64,000 nucleotides of DNA from Candidatus Fraserbacteria bacterium. GTDB lineage: Bacteria; Bipolaricaulota; Bipolaricaulia; RBG-16-55-9; DRXL01. Where the stretch lies: positions 96,001 through 160,000 of the forward strand of contig CAMTVK010000003.1 in the NCBI GenBank assembly GCA_947085185.1, in the 5' to 3' direction. The translations under genes and the position numbers were made by a program. Positions within the stretch are counted from its first letter, which is position 1; each line of letters starts with the position of its first letter. The notes under the pieces are model-generated. The model did no database searches and was not told where the DNA came from. It saw only the letters and a list, made by a program, of their open reading frames with translations. Shown one piece after another: positions 26,650-36,373 of the stretch.

Positions 26650-27197
26650 GAGAACTTGATGTCACTCCCGTCGGGGATGGGGCCTTCGATAGATCGGCCG
26701 TCGGCCGTGAGATACTGAGTACTTGGGACGACTTTGGCCTTATCGACTTGGAGACGGCCGTCGGGGGTGAGGGTGAGCTCATAGAAGGGCAGGGGTCGAG
26801 GCGCTGGGCCGCCCAGGACTCGCCCGTCGCGGGCAAAGACGCTCCCATGACAGGGGCAGAGCGCGTGCACCACGGGATACTCTTGACTTGGCGGCCCAAA
26901 GGGCTTATAGCTGCACCCCAGATGGGTGCAGACCATAGAGAGGGCCTGAAATCCCAAGGGCGTTCGGAAGATGAAGACCTGCTTCGCTTCGAGAGGGCGC
27001 ATCTCTCCGACCTGATAGTCACTGGGGCGCCCTACGGTGAACGTCGTGGTGGGCTCATAGGTCAGGTGCGGCTTCAGATAATACGGGACGCTCTGGGCCA
27101 CACCACCCAAAGCCAACGCGAGCGATCCCCATCCCAGCCACCCGAGAAAGCGTCGCCGCGTCAGCGGGCTCACTCTTGGGTCTCTGTCCGCCTCCAT
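26646..27197 (-). CDS. Rieske [2Fe-2S] subunit (PetC/QcrA-like) with Tat anchor
   Basis: TRRRFL twin-arginine motif, CTHLGC, CPCHGS, GPAPRPL. Confidence 0.94.
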   Translation of the reverse strand: MEADRDPRVSPLTRRRFLGWLGWGSLALALGGVAQSVPYYLKPHLTYEPTTTFTVGRPSDYQVGEMRPLEAKQVFIFRTPLGFQALSMVCTHLGCSYKPFGPPSQEYPVVHALCPCHGSVFARDGRVLGGPAPRPLPFYELTLTPDGRLQVDKAKVVPSTQYLTADGRSIEGPIPDGSDIKFS

Positions 27198-27227
27198 TCA
27201 GGAACCTGCTCCTTCGTTTATGGGGTG

Positions 27228-27256
27228 ATTATATTACAGCCCCTTTGCGCTGTCAA
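27228..27256 (-). promoter_or_regulatory. Perfect-consensus sigma70 promoter of the Rieske/cyt b-Rnf operon
   Basis: TTGACA-17-TATAAT on minus strand, overlapped by an ACAGC...GCTGT inverted repeat; SD AAGGAG precedes the Rieske ATG. Confidence 0.8.
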
Positions 27257-27371
27257 ACTTCTCTGATCTTCTACTCTATTGAGGGGATCTTTTGCCATGA
27301 TCTGCGTCATCCCTGAGGATGACGTCGGTCATGTGATGGCCCTCGCTCTTTTTGTTATGATTATTATATCA

Positions 27372-27962
27372 ATGTTTACTGGGATTGTCACGGACACCGG
27401 CGAGGTGCTCACGGCGCACGCGACGCGGCTTGTCATCGCTACCCCTAAGCTCTTTGGAGCATTAGAAATCGGGCGGAGCGTCGCGGTCAATGGAGCGTGC
27501 CTGACGGTCATCGAGCTCACTCCTGCCGCGGAGAGCTTCGCGGCAGAGCTGAGCCCAGAGACCATCCGGCGCACGAACTTGGGAGCCCTGCGCCGCGGCG
27601 ATCTCGTCAATTTGGAGCTGCCCTTACGATTTTCTGATCGTCTCGATGGGCACTTCGTGCTGGGGCACGTGGACACCGTTGGGGAGGTCGTCTCGATCTC
27701 TCGCACAGAGAAGGGCGCGGTCTTCCGGTTTCGCGTCGATAAGAGCTACTCACACTATCTGGTCGAGAAGGGCTCGATTGCCATAGATGGGATCAGCTTG
27801 ACGATCTTCAATATCTCTGATGGGGAGTTTGACGTGGCGATCATCCCTCATACGCTCGAGCACACGAACTTACGGGTGCGTTGCCCTGGGGATAGAGTGA
27901 ATGTCGAGTTCGACATTTTGGGAAAGTATATAGAAAGACTCTGCAAGGGAGGCTGCTTGTGA
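27372..27962 (+). CDS. ribE: Riboflavin synthase (alpha chain)
   Basis: MFTGIV N-terminus, [31 protein letters not shown]. Confidence 0.95.
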   Translation: MFTGIVTDTGEVLTAHATRLVIATPKLFGALEIGRSVAVNGACLTVIELTPAAESFAAELSPETIRRTNLGALRRGDLVNLELPLRFSDRLDGHFVLGHVDTVGEVVSISRTEKGAVFRFRVDKSYSHYLVEKGSIAIDGISLTIFNISDGEFDVAIIPHTLEHTNLRVRCPGDRVNVEFDILGKYIERLCKGGCL

Positions 27963-29188
27963 TGGGGTTTGCCAAGATCAAAGAGGCGCTGGAAGCGCTC
28001 AAGCGTGGTGAGATGATCGTCGTCGTAGACGACGAAGACCGCGAGAACGAAGGCGACGTCGTATTGGCAGCCCAGTTTGTCACCCCGGAGAAGATCAATT
28101 TTATGGCGAAGGAGGCCCGGGGGATCATCTGTGTGCCCATGACGGGGGAGCGGCTCGATGAGCTTGGGATCAAGCTCATGGTGCAGACGGATTCTGGGGG
28201 AAAGGGATGCGCGTTCACGGTCTCAGTAGACGCTCGCGAGGGGATCAGCACCGGGACGTCTGCGTACGATCGCGCCCATACTATTAGAACGCTGATCGCT
28301 CCCAAGACCAAGCCTTCAGATTTAGTCCAGCCGGGGCATGTCTTTCCGTTGCGTGCTCGGCCCGGCGGCGTCTTGCAGCGGGCTGGCCACACCGAAGCCA
28401 GCGTCGATCTCTGTAAATTAGCGGGGCTCTACCCTGCTGCGGTCATCTGCGAGGTGATGAACGAGGACGGCACGATGGCCCGGCTGCCCCAGCTGGAAAG
28501 ATTCGCACAGAAGCATAATTTGCTCATTATAAGCATTGCCGATCTCATTCGCTATCGCTACGAACGCGAGCGCTTGGTCGAGAAGATCGCCTGGGCCGAT
28601 CTTCCTACGGAGTTTGGGGAGTTTACGATCCATGCCTATCGCAGTCTCGTTGATGGAAAGGAGCACATCGCGCTGGTCAAGGGCGAGGTCACCGGAAGAG
28701 AGAACGTCTTAGTGCGGGTGCACTCAGAATGTCTGACAGGAGATGTCTTTGGCTCGCTCAAGTGCGACTGTGGGGAGCAGCTCCGGCAAGCCCTGCGCCA
28801 GATCGCCCATGAGGGTATGGGGGTCTTGCTCTATTTACGCCAAGAGGGACGCGGCATCGGCCTAGGAAACAAGATCAAAGCGTATCATCTCCAAGATAGA
28901 GGGCTGGACACGGTGGAGGCGAACCGGCAGCTCGGCTTTAAAGAAGATCTCCGCGAGTACGGCATCGGGGTACAGATTCTGAAAGATTTGGGGCTGAGCA
29001 CCATTCGAATTCTCACCAATAACCCCAAGAAGCTCGTGGGCATCGAGGCCTACGGCATCAAGATCGTGGAGCAACTGCCCCTTTTAGTCGCGCCCAACCC
29101 CCATAATTATAACTATCTGAGGACGAAGAAAGAGAAACTAGGCCACCAGCTCGATGCGATCTTCGCGAACTTCAGCAATGAGCCTTAA
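27959..29188 (+). CDS. ribBA: Bifunctional DHBP synthase / GTP cyclohydrolase II
   Basis: [43 protein letters not shown]. Confidence 0.96.
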   Translation: MMGFAKIKEALEALKRGEMIVVVDDEDRENEGDVVLAAQFVTPEKINFMAKEARGIICVPMTGERLDELGIKLMVQTDSGGKGCAFTVSVDAREGISTGTSAYDRAHTIRTLIAPKTKPSDLVQPGHVFPLRARPGGVLQRAGHTEASVDLCKLAGLYPAAVICEVMNEDGTMARLPQLERFAQKHNLLIISIADLIRYRYERERLVEKIAWADLPTEFGEFTIHAYRSLVDGKEHIALVKGEVTGRENVLVRVHSECLTGDVFGSLKCDCGEQLRQALRQIAHEGMGVLLYLRQEGRGIGLGNKIKAYHLQDRGLDTVEANRQLGFKEDLREYGIGVQILKDLGLSTIRILTNNPKKLVGIEAYGIKIVEQLPLLVAPNPHNYNYLRTKKEKLGHQLDAIFANFSNEP

Positions 29189-29588
29189 GATCGCGATCGT
29201 TGTCAGTCAATTTCACAGAGAGATCACCCAAGAGATGCTCAAGGGCGCTCAAGAGCACCTGCGAGGCGTCGCCGAGACCGAAGTCTTCTGGGTGCCGGGG
29301 GCGTTCGAGATTCCAGGGACCGTCAAGGGGTTGGCGCAGTCGGGGCGCTATGACGGCATCTTGCCCTTAGGGTGTGTGATCAAGGGCGAGACTGCCCATT
29401 TTGAGCATATTGCCCGCGCCGTGACTGATGCGCTCATGCGCTTGACTGTGGAATGCGATACCCCAATAGTCTTTGGGGTGCTGACCCCCTACACCGAAGA
29501 GCAAGCGTGGGCACGCGTCTATAAGGGGGCTGAAGCAGCCAAGAGCCTGCTGGAGCTTATCACTCTGCGTCGGCGGCTCTCTTATTAA
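29178..29588 (+). CDS. ribH: Lumazine synthase
   Basis: [25 protein letters not shown]. Confidence 0.94.
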   Translation: MSLKIAIVVSQFHREITQEMLKGAQEHLRGVAETEVFWVPGAFEIPGTVKGLAQSGRYDGILPLGCVIKGETAHFEHIARAVTDALMRLTVECDTPIVFGVLTPYTEEQAWARVYKGAEAAKSLLELITLRRRLSY

Positions 29589-30534
29589 GAGCCCGTGTGT
29601 GTCGCCCATCGGCGAAGACTTTCAGGGATCCCCACTGAAGGGTGGTCGCATGGGGGGCGGGCGTCCAGATCGAGATCGTCTCGCTAGAGAGCCCTTGCAC
29701 AATCCCCAAGCCCACGAGATCGCCGTTCGCGCAACAGCCGACCAGCGAATTCTGGAGCTCTCCCCACAGCTTGATCGCGAGGGACTCGACCCCAAGAGCC
29801 CGCTGGGCTTCTAGAGGTGAGAAGGGCCAGCGCTCGACGACGAGCGTCGCTCTTGTGGGCAAGCGCCATGCAGCCACCACCGGACAGGCCAAGAGATTCG
29901 AGAGCAACGTCACATCCAAGGGCTCGCCGTGCCCCACAAGCGAGCGCTCCACCCCAAGCTCAGCAAAACGCCAGCACCGCAGAGTAGCGCCGTGAAAGTG
30001 CTGGCGGAATGCGTCTTCACGCGCGCGGATGCGCTCCTCGCGCCCCTTGGCACTCCCGTGTGCCACGGGAATCTCAATCACGGTGATGCCCGCGCGAGCA
30101 TAGAGCTTATAGTAAGCGAGCTCTCCGGAGCGCTGCAGCAGCACGAGCACGTCGGGCTGGACCAGATGGATCAGCTCGCTCTTGTAGGCGCGCGCCGCTT
30201 CGCCGTAAATATAGCCGTCGGTGTCGATGAGCACGGGGCGGCAAGCCCCACGAAGACACTGAGCCACCCCGGTGAGCACCTGTAAGAAATTCCCCCGCGG
30301 CGAGATGTCCCCCACAAAATAACTTGAGAGTATCTCATGGTGATCGTCCCGGACGCGCCCACGCGAGATGCACGCCGGCGGGCCCAGCCAACTTTGGCCC
30401 ACATCCGCGTCGATGACCTCCCCGCCCAGGCGCCGATGGATCTCGCGGATGAGCGTGGTCTTGCCCACGTCGGTCGCGCCCAGAACAAGTGCGATCGAGC
30501 GCGGGCTTAGGCGCTCAAAGAGTCTCTCAAGCAC
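29560..30534 (-). CDS. Clp1/Grc3-family polynucleotide 5'-kinase
   Basis: GATDVGKTT P-loop, DADVGQS, IDTDGY, RIRAR lid; GTG start 2 nt after the pmbA stop. Confidence 0.78.
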   Translation of the reverse strand: MLERLFERLSPRSIALVLGATDVGKTTLIREIHRRLGGEVIDADVGQSWLGPPACISRGRVRDDHHEILSSYFVGDISPRGNFLQVLTGVAQCLRGACRPVLIDTDGYIYGEAARAYKSELIHLVQPDVLVLLQRSGELAYYKLYARAGITVIEIPVAHGSAKGREERIRAREDAFRQHFHGATLRCWRFAELGVERSLVGHGEPLDVTLLSNLLACPVVAAWRLPTRATLVVERWPFSPLEAQRALGVESLAIKLWGELQNSLVGCCANGDLVGLGIVQGLSSETISIWTPAPHATTLQWGSLKVFADGRHTRALNKRAADAE

Positions 30535-30536
30535 TG

Positions 30537-31877
30537 TTACTTGCCCGCGACACTGACGCCGTCTACGGCGATCGCCGGGGTGTGCAGGATGCCGTAGACC
30601 CACTCTGGGCTATCACTGAGGGCGATCAGTCTGTCCCTGAGAAGATCGTAGACATTCCCGGCGATCATAGTGTTTTTGACGCGCCCGACGATCTCGCCCT
30701 TGTGCGCGAGAAACCCCACCGAGACCGTGTTAGAGAATTCGCCAGTCAAGGGATTTCCTGCTCCCAGCCTCATGACATCCTCGACGATGAGCGCTTCGTC
30801 GAGGTCGTGGAGGATCTCAGTGAGAGCTTGGTCTCCGGGAGGGATGATCGCGCTGGTGGGGGCGATCCCTGGAGGGCGACGGAACCCACCGCCCATAAAG
30901 CCCGATTTGAAGCCGTTGCCGGTGGGCTGAGCGTGGGCTTGGGCGGCCGTCTTCAGATCATAGAGAAACTGTTTGACAACGCCTTGCTCAATCAAGAATT
31001 TCCGAGTCGTGGGCACGCCCTCGTCGTCGTAGGGGGCAGATCTTGGTGCGAAGTCGAGCGTCCCGTCGTCTATCAGTGAGAAGCGTGCATCACAAATCTT
31101 TTGCTGAAGCTTCTCACGCAGCGGCGAGACGCCCAGATAGACATGGCGTCCGTCCAGCCCCACCATAAATGGGATCATCAACACTAAAACCCCCGGCCCA
31201 CGAAGGATCACTGGCATTGCTTTGGTCTGAACAGAAACGATCTTCTCGGCCAAGCGCATGCGCTCGATGAGACGGTCGGCCAGAGCTAAGCCATCGATCT
31301 CTTGGGCGCGTCGCCAGGAGGCTGTCTCAAAGAGTGTGAAGATATCCCCCTCTTGGGCTTTCGTGACCGACGCGCCCACGCTCAAGAGCGTACCATGATG
31401 AGAAAACTCAAGACCACTGGTGTTGCACAATTTGATCTCCTCGACTTCCTTGGTGGCCCACACCTCAATCTGCAGGGTCGCATCGTAGCTCTTGATCTTT
31501 TCCACAATTTGCTCCCCTAAGGAGATCAAGCGCTGCTCGTCCACCTGCTTGACGGCCGGATCGAAGCATTGGACGGAAGACGCAGGGTGCTTGGCGGGAA
31601 AGCGAAAAGGCGCAGGATCTCCGTATTGGGCAGACTCAAGCGCATTCTGGACAAGATACCTCTCGTCTCCCAAGTCTGTGGTCGTAGAGAACCCCAGGCG
31701 CCCATCTTTGATGAGGCGCAGGGCTCGACCTGCAGTCTCGACGACCTTGACGGACTCTAACGCTCCGGCGCGGAACTGCACAGGGAGCTCCCAGGTGTGC
31801 AGTTCATAGATCTCGGCTCCATCTGTCTGTTTGGCGATCCTCTCCAAGAGGTCTTCGGCGCGGATTTGGTTCGTCAT
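30537..31877 (-). CDS. pmbA: TldE/PmbA family protein
   Basis: DDEGVPT, PTGNG, NPLTGEFS, MIAGNVYDLL; lacks HExxGH. Confidence 0.88.
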   Translation of the reverse strand: MTNQIRAEDLLERIAKQTDGAEIYELHTWELPVQFRAGALESVKVVETAGRALRLIKDGRLGFSTTTDLGDERYLVQNALESAQYGDPAPFRFPAKHPASSVQCFDPAVKQVDEQRLISLGEQIVEKIKSYDATLQIEVWATKEVEEIKLCNTSGLEFSHHGTLLSVGASVTKAQEGDIFTLFETASWRRAQEIDGLALADRLIERMRLAEKIVSVQTKAMPVILRGPGVLVLMIPFMVGLDGRHVYLGVSPLREKLQQKICDARFSLIDDGTLDFAPRSAPYDDEGVPTTRKFLIEQGVVKQFLYDLKTAAQAHAQPTGNGFKSGFMGGGFRRPPGIAPTSAIIPPGDQALTEILHDLDEALIVEDVMRLGAGNPLTGEFSNTVSVGFLAHKGEIVGRVKNTMIAGNVYDLLRDRLIALSDSPEWVYGILHTPAIAVDGVSVAGK

Positions 31878-33256
31878 GCGCTCTTCCCTCCTATGGTGAC
31901 GTGGCGCACGCGGATGTGCGGCCCACCTGTAGTGACCGGCAAGGGGAACTGCCCATCTTTGCCACAGCCCCCTGAAGTGCCCTTGATGACGAGATCGTTC
32001 CCGATCATCTCGATATTCTTGAGAGTCTCGAAGACGTTCCCCGTCAACACGACGTCGCGCAGCAGCTCGCCAAGCTGCCCCTTGACGATCTCATACGCGT
32101 ACGTAGCTTCGAAGGTGAACTGCTCGATCATCGTCTGCCCGCCAAAAGACCCACACGCGTAGATCCCGTAGTCTATATCTTTGAGCATGTGCTCGAAGGG
32201 CGCTGAGCCAGGCTCAATATACGTGTTGCGCATGCGCACGATGGGCTCAAATTGATAGCTCACCGCGCGGGCGTTGCCGGTGGGCTGGGCGCCCATCTGG
32301 GCTGCGGTCTGGCGGCTGTGCAAGAAACTATTTAAGATCCCGTTCTTGATGAGATAGACTTTTTGTCGTGGGGTGCCCTCGTCATCGTACTTGGAGTTGC
32401 CACGCAGGCCTTCCAGATAGCCGTCATCCACGACGTTGAGCTCTTTGACGCCAAACGGACGCCCAATTTTGAGAATCTCCTGGAGCTGCGGGTGCTTGAA
32501 GAGAAAATCAGCCTCACAGAGATGCCCGAACGCTTCATGGATGAAGACCCCGGCAAGATCGGGGTCCAAGATCACGGTGTAGACCCCTGCGGCGACGGGC
32601 TTGGCTTTGAGCAGATTGAGCGCGCGCTGCGCGGCCTTGAGCGCTTGCTCTTCTTGGTTCTCTACGGCTTCAAAGCCCGCAAACCATCCCAAGGATTCCA
32701 TGCCCCTTTGGATGTTCTTCTCCCCCTCGCGCGCCGTGGCCGATAAGAGCAGCGTTACGTCTGGACGCTCTTCTACAATAAACGTCCCCTCAGAATTGGC
32801 GTAGGTCACTTCTTTGAAGGAGTCCGTATAGCGTGCATGGGTCGAGACGATCTTGGCGCTCGTCTTGAGCATAAGATCGTTATAGCTGCGCAGAAGCTCT
32901 TGCTTGTGTCTGAGCGAGACAGATCGGGGATCTTTCTTGAGCGTGACACGCACCTCGTCTTGGATGACCGATGGAGGAGCCAGCGCAGCTCTCTCTGGGA
33001 CCTTGGCGCTGACAGCTTGAGCAATACGATAGGCCTCTTCGAGTCTCTTTTCGAGGTCGTCTAGGGAGTTAAAGACTGCGATCCCCCAGCCGCCACCCAC
33101 CAGACATCGCACGATCCCACCAAGCTCCGACGACGCTTCAAGATTCTCAAGATTCTCTTTGCGATACGTGACTTCCGTGCGCCACTCGCGCTCGATCCGG
33201 ATCTCCGTATAGTCGGCGCGACTGCGCTCCAACGCCCGCAAGATCTGCTCGCGCAT
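31874..33256 (-). CDS. tldD: TldD metalloprotease
   Basis: HEAFGH, YDDEG, PIVRMRNT, GCGKDGQ; ATG 33256 with SD. Confidence 0.92.
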   Translation of the reverse strand: MREQILRALERSRADYTEIRIEREWRTEVTYRKENLENLEASSELGGIVRCLVGGGWGIAVFNSLDDLEKRLEEAYRIAQAVSAKVPERAALAPPSVIQDEVRVTLKKDPRSVSLRHKQELLRSYNDLMLKTSAKIVSTHARYTDSFKEVTYANSEGTFIVEERPDVTLLLSATAREGEKNIQRGMESLGWFAGFEAVENQEEQALKAAQRALNLLKAKPVAAGVYTVILDPDLAGVFIHEAFGHLCEADFLFKHPQLQEILKIGRPFGVKELNVVDDGYLEGLRGNSKYDDEGTPRQKVYLIKNGILNSFLHSRQTAAQMGAQPTGNARAVSYQFEPIVRMRNTYIEPGSAPFEHMLKDIDYGIYACGSFGGQTMIEQFTFEATYAYEIVKGQLGELLRDVVLTGNVFETLKNIEMIGNDLVIKGTSGGCGKDGQFPLPVTTGGPHIRVRHVTIGGKSA

Positions 33257-33272
33257 CGTGATCACCCCTTCT

Positions 33273-34055
33273 TTAATAGTGCCCCAGCAGCCCACGGTCA
33301 CGGGCCACGCTCTCGAGGCGCTTGAAGATCGCATATCCGATCAAAAAATACAGCGCGGAGATCGCTCCTAAAAACGACACGTCCGCGATGGGCATACTAT
33401 ACAGCGACTCTTTCCCGATCAGGACCCGTCCAATGAGATGCACCCCCCACGTCACAGGGAGGAACTTCACCCACGGCATCGTGTCGAGCACCGTCGGCGC
33501 GATGACCAGCGCCACCCACACGAACTGAAAGATCTGAAAGACCGCTTGCACTTGCTTGAAGACCAGCGCCAACCCGCCCATGGCAAACCCAAACCCGTAG
33601 ACACCCCACACCGTCAGCAGCATCAACGGGATAAGACTCACAAAGTCGAGATGGAGCCATCGGCCAGTTACGGCCATCATCAATACGAACAACCCAAGGG
33701 TGATCGTGAGGTTAATGACTAAGAACGTCAGCACATAGCTACAACTCACCCAGCCAAATCCCAAGGGGGACATATAGAGCTGCTCGAGGGTCCCCTGCTG
33801 GGCTTCGTTGATGAAATCCCACGTCAAATCTGAGAACGCAAAGATAATGAACGTCCACAGCATAAATCCCATGACGATGCCCTCAAGGGTATTGCCGAAG
33901 CTGGGATTACCGCCCCCGATGAATTTTGCTCCGTAAAAGATTACTAAGAAGATCATGATGATGCTGACGATCCCAGCGATGAGATTGAACGGGTAGCGCC
34001 AGATGATGAGAAAATTCTTCTTCATCATCGCTTTGAGCAGATAGAGATATCTCAT
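33273..34055 (-). CDS. ABC-2 type exporter permease
   Basis: Multiple TM helices, EAQQGTLEQLYMSP; ATG 34055 with GGAG SD. Confidence 0.85.
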   Translation of the reverse strand: MRYLYLLKAMMKKNFLIIWRYPFNLIAGIVSIIMIFLVIFYGAKFIGGGNPSFGNTLEGIVMGFMLWTFIIFAFSDLTWDFINEAQQGTLEQLYMSPLGFGWVSCSYVLTFLVINLTITLGLFVLMMAVTGRWLHLDFVSLIPLMLLTVWGVYGFGFAMGGLALVFKQVQAVFQIFQFVWVALVIAPTVLDTMPWVKFLPVTWGVHLIGRVLIGKESLYSMPIADVSFLGAISALYFLIGYAIFKRLESVARDRGLLGHY

Positions 34056-34104
34056 AGATTGCTCCTTGCTAGACCGCCACGGTAGCGGTATCATTGTACT
34101 TGCT

Positions 34105-34434
34105 ATGAAGCGCACAGCTGTGCTTAGACGGCCAAAGAGATCGTATATCTTTCGTGTGGTCATAGAGCCTGACGAAGACGTATATCACGCGTATTGCCCG
34201 GCATTGCAGGGCTGTCACACCTGGGGCTATACATATGAAGAGGCGCTGCAAAATATTCAAGAGGCTGTGCAGTGTCATGTCGAAGCTCTCCTCCAGGCTG
34301 GAGATCCAATCCCAACTGAGCCTGACGTCGAAGTCAAGCCTGCTCCTACCGTTGTAGTGAACGTATTGAAAGCCATGCTCAAGGACACTAGATGGACAGA
34401 GGATGATCTGAAACGCCTTAAATTGCTCAAATAG
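34105..34434 (+). CDS. HicB-family antitoxin carrying a HicA-like C-terminal tail
   Basis: YHAYCPALQGCHTWGYTYEEALQNIQEA HicB motif; tail LKAMLKDTRWTEDDLKRLKLLK. Confidence 0.8.
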   Translation: MKRTAVLRRPKRSYIFRVVIEPDEDVYHAYCPALQGCHTWGYTYEEALQNIQEAVQCHVEALLQAGDPIPTEPDVEVKPAPTVVVNVLKAMLKDTRWTEDDLKRLKLLK

Positions 34435-34436
34435 AT

Positions 34437-35399
34437 TCATTGCTTCTCACCCTTGACGATCTGAAGGAAGATCTCTTCTAAGTCGGGATACTGCTTGCCC
34501 ACCGACTCTAAGCGACAGCCGTTCTCTCGCAAAATATCAATGATCTCGTAGACTCTCTGACTATCGAGCAGCTCAGCTTCGATGACCGTGCGCGGCCCGT
34601 CCACCGAGATCTTTAACAGATCAAAGCGCGCCCTCAGACGCTGCTGTTGATGACTATTGAGATGGCCTTCGATCTCAAACCGATAGGCGCTCGCGGTGAA
34701 GAGCCTTCTCAGGTTCTCGATCTGGTCGTCTACGACTATTCTGCCGTGATTGATGATGATCACGCGTGCGCAGATATCTTGGACGACGTTCATGTCATGG
34801 CTCGATAAGAGAATAGTTCGCTGGCCTTGTTCGGCCATGCGCTTGAGAATCCAGCGCAGCTCATAGCTTGTCTCGACGTCGAGACCCAGCGTTGGCTCGT
34901 CTAGTAAGAGAATGGGCGTGCGCTTGACGAGCGCACAGGCGACTGCTAATTTCTGCTGCATCCCCCGCGAGAGTGCTCGGGCCTGCTCGTTCACTCTCTC
35001 TTTCAGATTAAAAAGCTCGATCAGCTCGTCGATATACGTCTTGACGGAGCGCAGCGATTGTCCCTGCAAGCCCGCAAAGAATTCTAAGTTATCTCTCACG
35101 GTGAGGCGCCAGTAGATATTGCGATTGCCCTCGAGCACTGCCGTGACTTTTTCGAGGGCCGCCCGGGGATTTCTGATCGCGTCGGCGCCGTCCACCCAGA
35201 TCTCCCCGGAGGTGGGGCGCAGAATAGTGCAGATGGACTTGATGATCGTCGTCTTGCCGGCGCCGTTAGGTCCCAACAGCCCGACGACCTCGTTCTTGCG
35301 CACACTGAACGAGACGTCATCTACAGCGACGGTCTCGCTTCGATGACGACTCCGATAGATCTTTCTTAAGTTTTTGACACGGAGCACTGCTTCGGACAT
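34437..35399 (-). CDS. ABC exporter ATP-binding protein
   Basis: GPNGAGKTT, LSRGMQQK, LLLDEP, SSHDM. Confidence 0.92.
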   Translation of the reverse strand: MSEAVLRVKNLRKIYRSRHRSETVAVDDVSFSVRKNEVVGLLGPNGAGKTTIIKSICTILRPTSGEIWVDGADAIRNPRAALEKVTAVLEGNRNIYWRLTVRDNLEFFAGLQGQSLRSVKTYIDELIELFNLKERVNEQARALSRGMQQKLAVACALVKRTPILLLDEPTLGLDVETSYELRWILKRMAEQGQRTILLSSHDMNVVQDICARVIIINHGRIVVDDQIENLRRLFTASAYRFEIEGHLNSHQQQRLRARFDLLKISVDGPRTVIEAELLDSQRVYEIIDILRENGCRLESVGKQYPDLEEIFLQIVKGEKQ

Positions 35400-35491
35400 G
35401 TGCTCCCCTTTCTCGATCTAAGATTACTGAATCGAGCGCATCGAAGCAACGTCTTGACAGCGTATCTGTCAGTAGGCATAATCTCAACGAT

Positions 35492-36373
35492 ATGCAGAGC
35501 GATCTAGGTATAGTTGGGTTGGCCTTAGGTGCGGGGATGGTCGCTTTCTTCAATCCCTGTGGGTTTGCCTTGCTCCCGTCGTATGTGGCTCATTATTGGG
35601 GGAGTCGTGCGAGCGTCTCAGCTGCTCCAGAGAGATGGTGGGATCGGCTCTTCCAGGGGATGGCTCTGGGAGGAGCGGTGAGCGCCGGATTCTTCACGGT
35701 CTTTTTGGTGTTGGGGATCGTGCTCTCCCTGGTAGGGACGGTGCTCGGCTCGTACTTCCCTTGGGCAGCTATGCTGGTTGGGCTTGGGCTGATTATTGTA
35801 GGGATTCGCACTTTGCTTGGGCGTGAGGTTGGGCTGGCTCTCCCATCATGGCGGGCTCGCTCTGGCTATCGCGGCGTGCTCTTTTATTATTTTTACGGGA
35901 TTGGCTACGCGATCGCGTCGTGCGGCTGTACGCTGCCGATCTTTATGATCTATGTCGTTGGGCCGGCGCTGACGACAAGCTTCTTCACGGGAATTCTCAA
36001 TTTCTTGGCGTATGCGTCGGGCATGACCCTGATGATGCTCTTGCTCTCCGTGAGCATGGCGTACTCCCAGGGGAGCCTCGAGCGTCGCTTCCCCTTAAGA
36101 CAAGCTCTGCTTGGGGTGAGCATCCCTGTGGGCATTGTATTAGTGCTCTTGTGGACACAGCCACAGATGGCGTCCAGCATAGGGGCGGCTTTTTCTGGAG
36201 CCAATCGCATCTTTGTGAGCGCTTTTGCTGTGGCATTACCGGCATTGCTCTATTTTCAGATAAAACGGTGGGAGCGCGCGACGCGCTGGCTCAACGGATC
36301 TCTGCTGTTTGCTGCCGGGATCTATGTGATTTATTATCAGATATTCGAATACGGGGTGTTCAGCTTCCGATAA
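35492..36373 (+). CDS. CcdA/DsbD-family cytochrome c biogenesis protein
   Basis: FFNPCGFALLPSY and ASCGCTLPIF redox-Cys motifs, multiple TM helices; TTGACA-17-CATAAT upstream. Confidence 0.85.
   Translation: MQSDLGIVGLALGAGMVAFFNPCGFALLPSYVAHYWGSRASVSAAPERWWDRLFQGMALGGAVSAGFFTVFLVLGIVLSLVGTVLGSYFPWAAMLVGLGLIIVGIRTLLGREVGLALPSWRARSGYRGVLFYYFYGIGYAIASCGCTLPIFMIYVVGPALTTSFFTGILNFLAYASGMTLMMLLLSVSMAYSQGSLERRFPLRQALLGVSIPVGIVLVLLWTQPQMASSIGAAFSGANRIFVSAFAVALPALLYFQIKRWERATRWLNGSLLFAAGIYVIYYQIFEYGVFSFR

Noticed and set aside
27257..27371. Canonical FMN riboswitch before ribE
   Set aside because: Conserved RFN segments are not seen; reported only as an unexplained hairpin.
35848..36372. N-terminal extension of the 679-aa lnt ORF
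   Set aside because: It overlaps ccdA in another frame; Lnt similarity starts at ATG 36373.
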